45,536 nt of DNA, from the NCBI GenBank assembly GCA_964473095.1, contig CAYYMY010000003.1, positions 1-45,536 on the forward strand, read 5' to 3'. This DNA is from an uncultured Oscillospiraceae bacterium (GTDB taxonomy: Bacteria > Bacillota > Clostridia > Peptostreptococcales > Anaerovoracaceae). Position numbers and translations under genes: made by a program. The notes beneath the pieces are model-generated. The model saw only the letters and a program-made list of their open reading frames with translations, did not search any database and was not told where the DNA came from. This document shows, one piece after another, positions 37,606 to 45,536 of this stretch. How positions within the stretch are numbered: position 1 is the stretch's first letter; every line of letters begins with the position of its first letter.

Positions 37606-38280
37606 ATGGATAAATTCAGCAAAAAATTCGATCACACTCTTCTCAAAGCTGACGCATCTCACAGCGATATACTGAGACTGTGCCGAGAGGCATTGGAATA
37701 TGACTTTGCTTCGGTATGCGTAAACGGATGTTATGTACCTCTTGCGTCACGCCTTCTCTCAGATACTGACGTAAAAATATCCTGCGTCGCAGGATTTCCT
37801 CTTGGCGCGATGTCATCGTCCGTAAAAGTAGCCGAAGTCAAAGACGCAATCGAAAACGGAGCAGATGAAATCGACACAGTAATAAATATAGGAGCACTGA
37901 AAGACGGCAAATATGACTATATCCGTAGCGAACTGTCGCTCCTTTCCGAAATATGCAGCTCATTCGGCGCTGTCCTGAAAGTGATACTTGAAACATGCCT
38001 CCTTTCAGATGAAAAGATAAAGGCCGCATGTATTATAGCAATGGAATCCGGAGCCGATTTTGTCAAAACCTCTACCGGCTTCAGCACATCGGGAGCAACC
38101 GCCCATCACGTTGAACTTATGCGCAAAACTGTCGGAAATGCTATGAAGGTCAAAGCCTCCGCAGGCATACGCACGCTTGCTGACGCACAGCTTCTTATAA
38201 AGTCCGGAGCAGACAGGCTCGGATGCAGCGCCTCTGTATCCATCATGGAAGAATACATACACAAAAGGGAAGCACGCTGA
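37606..38280 (+). CDS. deoC: Deoxyribose-phosphate aldolase
   Basis: DHTLLK, FASVCVN, VAGFPLGA, GADEID, LKVILET, FVKTSTGF, VKASAGIRT, GADRLGCS. Start taken at MDKF (37606). Confidence 0.96.
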   Translation: MDKFSKKFDHTLLKADASHSDILRLCREALEYDFASVCVNGCYVPLASRLLSDTDVKISCVAGFPLGAMSSSVKVAEVKDAIENGADEIDTVINIGALKDGKYDYIRSELSLLSEICSSFGAVLKVILETCLLSDEKIKAACIIAMESGADFVKTSTGFSTSGATAHHVELMRKTVGNAMKVKASAGIRTLADAQLLIKSGADRLGCSASVSIMEEYIHKREAR

Positions 38281-38297
38281 ATCACGCGCTTCCCTTT
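38264..38297. terminator. Shared terminator between convergent deoC and gap
   Basis: AAAGGGAAGC...GCTTCCCTTT inverted repeat spanning the deoC stop. Confidence 0.65.
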
Positions 38298-38336
38298 ATC
38301 GCTCTTTCTGTACGAATAATTCCTGTCCGTCTACAT

Positions 38337-39353
38337 CTAAAGCATATTCGCAAGATATCCTATAGTCCTTATCATCTGTGAAACATAGCTCATTTCGTTG
38401 TCATACCATGCGACCACCTGTACCTCGAACATGCCTGTTCCGCTTCTTTCAACGAAAGTCTGAGTAGCATCAAACAGCGAGCCGTAACTCATACCTATAA
38501 CGTCACTTGATACGATCATTTCCTCATTGTATCCAAAGGACTCGTTTGCAGCTTCTTTCATTGCATTGTTTACACCTTCCAGAGTCACTGTTTCCGATGA
38601 ATCCTTAAGCACGGCAGTAAGTATCGTTACTGATCCTGTAGGTACAGGCACTCTCTGAGCAGAACCGCTGAGCTTGCCTGCCAGTTCAGGAATGACAAGA
38701 CCTATGGCTTTAGCCGCTCCCGTAGAATTTGGCACTATATTTATCGCTCCGGCTCTTGCCCTTCTGAAATTATTTTTCCTGTGCGGTCCGTCCAGTATCA
38801 TCTGATCTCCGGTATACGCATGTATTGTCGTCATGAGGCCTGTCCTGACCTCTCTGTAATCATTAAGCGCTTTTGCCATAGGAGCCAAGCAGTTTGTTGT
38901 GCACGAAGCAGCTGATATTATTTTATCCTCTTTTGTAAGAATGTTTTCATTGACCCCGTATACAACGGTCGGAAGATCGTCTCCCGCAGGGGCGGAAATA
39001 ACGACTTTTTTGGCGCCTGCATCTATATGCGCCTGGGACTTTGCCCTAGCTGCAAACAATCCTGTACATTCCAGAACTATGTCTATATCAAGTTCACCCC
39101 ACGGCAGTTTTGACGGATCGGCTTCTTTATATACCTTTATCGACTTTCCGTCAACGTATATGTTTTCATCATCGCTGTTCACATCGTATTCGAACATTCT
39201 CTGCACGCTGTCGTACTTGAGAAGATACGCCAGCATATCGGTTGATGCCAGGTCATTTACCGCGACTATTTCAAACCTGTCATCATCAAACATCTTTCTG
39301 AACGATAATCTTCCTATCCTTCCAAAACCATTGATTGCAATTTTAGCAGCCAT
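38337..39353 (-). CDS. gap: Type I glyceraldehyde-3-phosphate dehydrogenase
   Basis: [41 protein letters not shown]. Start at MAAK (39353) after AAGGAGG. Confidence 0.97.
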   Translation of the reverse strand: MAAKIAINGFGRIGRLSFRKMFDDDRFEIVAVNDLASTDMLAYLLKYDSVQRMFEYDVNSDDENIYVDGKSIKVYKEADPSKLPWGELDIDIVLECTGLFAARAKSQAHIDAGAKKVVISAPAGDDLPTVVYGVNENILTKEDKIISAASCTTNCLAPMAKALNDYREVRTGLMTTIHAYTGDQMILDGPHRKNNFRRARAGAINIVPNSTGAAKAIGLVIPELAGKLSGSAQRVPVPTGSVTILTAVLKDSSETVTLEGVNNAMKEAANESFGYNEEMIVSSDVIGMSYGSLFDATQTFVERSGTGMFEVQVVAWYDNEMSYVSQMIRTIGYLANML

Positions 39354-39364
39354 AATATACCTCC

Positions 39365-40240
39365 TTAAAAATGATTTGTCTTCCATTTCATTATATTATC
39401 TATGAATTTACATTCCATCTTTCCCGAATCCTGAAGATATGTCAGATAGCTCTTTACCGTAGAGCCTAGCAGAGCCTGATTGGCTATCCTTGCACGGATT
39501 CTGAGTTTTTCATACATTCCTTTCAGAATGTAATCAAATCCCGTATACTCACGACATATATCCATTATCATTTCAGCGATGCCGAGGACATTTTCTCTGT
39601 TCATATCCGCAATTTCACTTATATCATTCTCTATTTCTCCATGAGACGGTATATACAGATTTCCATTCAGCGTCTTCACTTTATCCAGAGTTTCAAGGTA
39701 TGCTCCCACATTATATATGAAGCCGAAAGGGTTTTTGTCAAGCAGCCGCCTTCCTAGATATGCATCGCCCAGAAACCAGACTCCGTCATCAGTCATTATC
39801 CCCACCATTCCGAAAGAATGTCCCGGAAGATAAGTCCACCTACACCAGTCAAAATTCTTTTTCTCCAGCGTTTTAAATCCTATCATACCGGGATGTTTGA
39901 ATATTTTTCTCAGCTTTTCAGAAGGATAACCTCCATTCATATAAGCCGCTTCAAGCTCCGAATAATGGGCGAAAGTCATGTCATAATCCGTACAGTACGC
40001 CGGAACGCCGTACTTGTCCATCAGGTACTCATTCCCTCCGATATGGTCTATATGTGTATGGGTATTAAGTATATACTCCAGTTTCCATCCCTTTTCACAG
40101 AGAAGAGCATCGATTTTTTCACCGTCTCCTTCCGAGCCTGTATCTATAAGACATACTCTGCCATCTGCAATCTTATATATTCCTATATTCGTATTTCCTT
40201 CTATATAATAAGTTCTCGCTCTCGCCTGCTTTATTTCCAT
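39365..40240 (-). CDS. Metallo-beta-lactamase-fold hydrolase
   Basis: [15 protein letters not shown] (HxHxDH), PGHS, LGDA, PSHG. Confidence 0.9.
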   Translation of the reverse strand: MEIKQARARTYYIEGNTNIGIYKIADGRVCLIDTGSEGDGEKIDALLCEKGWKLEYILNTHTHIDHIGGNEYLMDKYGVPAYCTDYDMTFAHYSELEAAYMNGGYPSEKLRKIFKHPGMIGFKTLEKKNFDWCRWTYLPGHSFGMVGIMTDDGVWFLGDAYLGRRLLDKNPFGFIYNVGAYLETLDKVKTLNGNLYIPSHGEIENDISEIADMNRENVLGIAEMIMDICREYTGFDYILKGMYEKLRIRARIANQALLGSTVKSYLTYLQDSGKMECKFIDNIMKWKTNHF

Positions 40241-40411
40241 ATAAATAATATTCCTCTTATCCGGCTTTAAATTATTATGTATTATTTATTATCTCTTGAC
40301 GCTTTACAAAGTATTATACATTTTTTTCTTCCTGTAGTAAATACGTATAGTTCCTGTTTATACCATAAAACGCCTTTTTATTCCATTTTTTACTATTTAT
40401 CCTCATGTAAA

Positions 40412-40441
40412 GAGCCACTCCGATTCGTATCGAAGCAGCTC
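40412..40441 (-). terminator. Terminator of the PFOR gene
   Basis: Minus strand GAGCTGCTTCGAT-acga-ATCGGAGTGGCTC (GU pairs) followed by TTT. Confidence 0.6.
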
Positions 40442-40496
40442 CTGAAAATCTTATATTGTTGTCTCCTGTCGCCCGACCGATGCTGCAGACAGTTTG

Positions 40497-44087
<3,591 letters not shown>

Positions 44088-44154
44088 TTATTAAGATTAA
44101 GTACCACTCAGCACTAAAAATAATGTTAGTACTAAACGGTACTCCACTCTATAA

Positions 44155-44183
44155 ACTTTACAGTAACTATGATATTTTGTCAA
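44155..44183 (-). promoter_or_regulatory. Probable sigmaA promoter of nifJ
   Basis: Minus strand TTGACA (44178-44183), 17 bp, TAAAGT (44155-44160). Confidence 0.55.
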
Positions 44184-44281
44184 CCGTGTACTTAAAATTA
44201 TACAAAATACACCATTTGAATTTTATACACCTTGAAATTCCAATGATTTGACAGTTATTTAACAAGTCCTGCACGCTTGTT

Positions 44282-44311
44282 AAAAAAGGAGACCCTGTCC
44301 AGGTCTCCTTT
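44282..44311 (-). terminator. Intrinsic terminator of tuf
   Basis: AAAGGAGACC-ctgtcca-GGTCTCCTTT with a T-run on the minus strand, about 22 bp after the stop. Confidence 0.8.
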
Positions 44312-44333
44312 ATCTTTATGCTATCCTCACAGC

Positions 44334-45527
44334 TTATTCGATGATCTCCGTTACTACTCCGGAGCCTACTGTCCTTCCACCTTCTCTTATCGCGAATCTG
44401 AGTCCTTCCTCTATCGCTATCGGCGTGATCAGCGTGATCGTCATCGTGATGTTGTCTCCAGGCATGCACATCTCTGTTCCTTCAGGAAGCTGCAGATCTC
44501 CCGTTACGTCCGTTGTTCTGAAGTAGAACTGAGGTCTGTATCCGTTAAAGAACGGCGTGTGTCTTCCGCCTTCTTCCTTCTTCAGTACGTATACCTCTCC
44601 CTTGAACTTCGTGTGCGGTTGGATCGTTCCTGGCTCCGCAAGTACCTGTCCTCTCTCTATCTCATCTCTCTGCACTCCTCTTAAAAGCGCTCCGATGTTG
44701 TCTCCTGTCTCTGCTTCGTCAAGCAGCTTTCTGAACATCTCGATCCCCGTTACTACTACTTTTCTCTTCTCTTCCGTAAGTCCTATGATCTCGACTTCCG
44801 TTCCTACCGTCAGGCTTCCTCTCTCTACTCTTCCTGTCGCTACTGTTCCTCTTCCTGTTATCGAGAATACGTCCTCTACCGGCATCAGGAACGGTTTGTC
44901 GTTGTCTCTCTCCGGCTCCGGTATATATTCGTCTATCGCTTCGAACAGCTCTACTATCTTATCTCCCCATGCTCCCGCAGGTTCTTCCAGCGCCATCAGC
45001 GCCGACCCTCTGATTATCGGTGTGTCGTCTCCTGGGAATTCGTACTGGTCCAGCAGCTCTCTTACTTCCATCTCCACCAGGTCAAGCAGCTCTTCGTCGT
45101 CTACCATGTCGCATTTATTCAGGAACACTATGATGTACGGTACTCCTACCTGTCTTGAAAGCAGTATATGCTCTCTCGTCTGCGGCATCGGTCCGTCTGT
45201 TGCCGCCACTACCAGGATCGCTCCATCCATCTGCGCTGCTCCTGTGATCATGTTCTTTACATAGTCCGCGTGTCCCGGGCAGTCTACGTGCGCGTAGTGT
45301 CTATTCGGTGTCTCATACTCTACGTGCGCTGTCGCTATCGTTATTCCTCTTTCTTTTTCTTCCGGCGCTTTATCTATCTGATCAAACGCCACGTCTCCTC
45401 CAAGCCCGTATCTTTGGTGCAGCACTGTCGTTATCGCTGCTGTAAGCGTTGTCTTTCCGTGATCTACGTGCCCTATCGTTCCGATATTGATATGCGGCTT
45501 ATTTCTTTCGAATTTCTGCTTTGCCAT
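44334..45527 (-). CDS. tuf: Elongation factor Tu
   Basis: [28 protein letters not shown]. Start at MAKQKF (45527); the upstream region is outside the window. Confidence 0.98.
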   Translation of the reverse strand: MAKQKFERNKPHINIGTIGHVDHGKTTLTAAITTVLHQRYGLGGDVAFDQIDKAPEEKERGITIATAHVEYETPNRHYAHVDCPGHADYVKNMITGAAQMDGAILVVAATDGPMPQTREHILLSRQVGVPYIIVFLNKCDMVDDEELLDLVEMEVRELLDQYEFPGDDTPIIRGSALMALEEPAGAWGDKIVELFEAIDEYIPEPERDNDKPFLMPVEDVFSITGRGTVATGRVERGSLTVGTEVEIIGLTEEKRKVVVTGIEMFRKLLDEAETGDNIGALLRGVQRDEIERGQVLAEPGTIQPHTKFKGEVYVLKKEEGGRHTPFFNGYRPQFYFRTTDVTGDLQLPEGTEMCMPGDNITMTITLITPIAIEEGLRFAIREGGRTVGSGVVTEIIE

Positions 45528-45536
45528 TTTCATTTC

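Noticed and set aside
44100-44143. CIRCE (HrcA) element suggested by AGCACT
   Set aside because: Does not fit TTAGCACTC-N9-GAGTGCTAA, and the downstream gene is not a chaperone.

Overview
Chromosomal window from an anaerobic low-GC Firmicute (Clostridia; the gene complement looks Peptostreptococcales/Anaerovoracaceae-like, which is an inference). Nearly all genes are on the minus strand. In transcription order (right to left): tuf; pyruvate:ferredoxin oxidoreductase; MBL-fold hydrolase plus gap; deoC (the only plus-strand gene); metF, a methionine synthase activation subunit, split metH and a Zn-ribbon protein; a lipoprotein; lgt-ychF; a ~7 kb accessory cassette; a reduced dcw cluster (mraZ rsmH ftsL PBP murF mraY murD ftsW murG ftsQ ftsZ); trmH pheS pheT zapA mutS2 argS, a radical SAM gene and a TPR gene; and the 5' part of tRNA-Asn. 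The best candidate for an undescribed system is the cassette between ychF and mraZ (about 23.6-30.45 kb). It has a sigma54 (-24/-12) promoter with upstream repeated dyad sites, two tandem family III CoA-transferase genes (only one keeps the catalytic Asp), a BCCT transporter with a remodelled aromatic cage, and a PAS-domain sigma54 activator. Past an IS1634 transposase remnant missed by the ORF track lies a hotdog-fold enzyme resembling beta-alanyl-CoA:ammonia lyase. Together these suggest import, CoA activation and beta-elimination of a beta-amino or onium acid (beta-alanine, beta-alanine betaine, DMSP or similar); the substrate is inferred, not shown. No CRISPR array, rRNA or prophage was seen.
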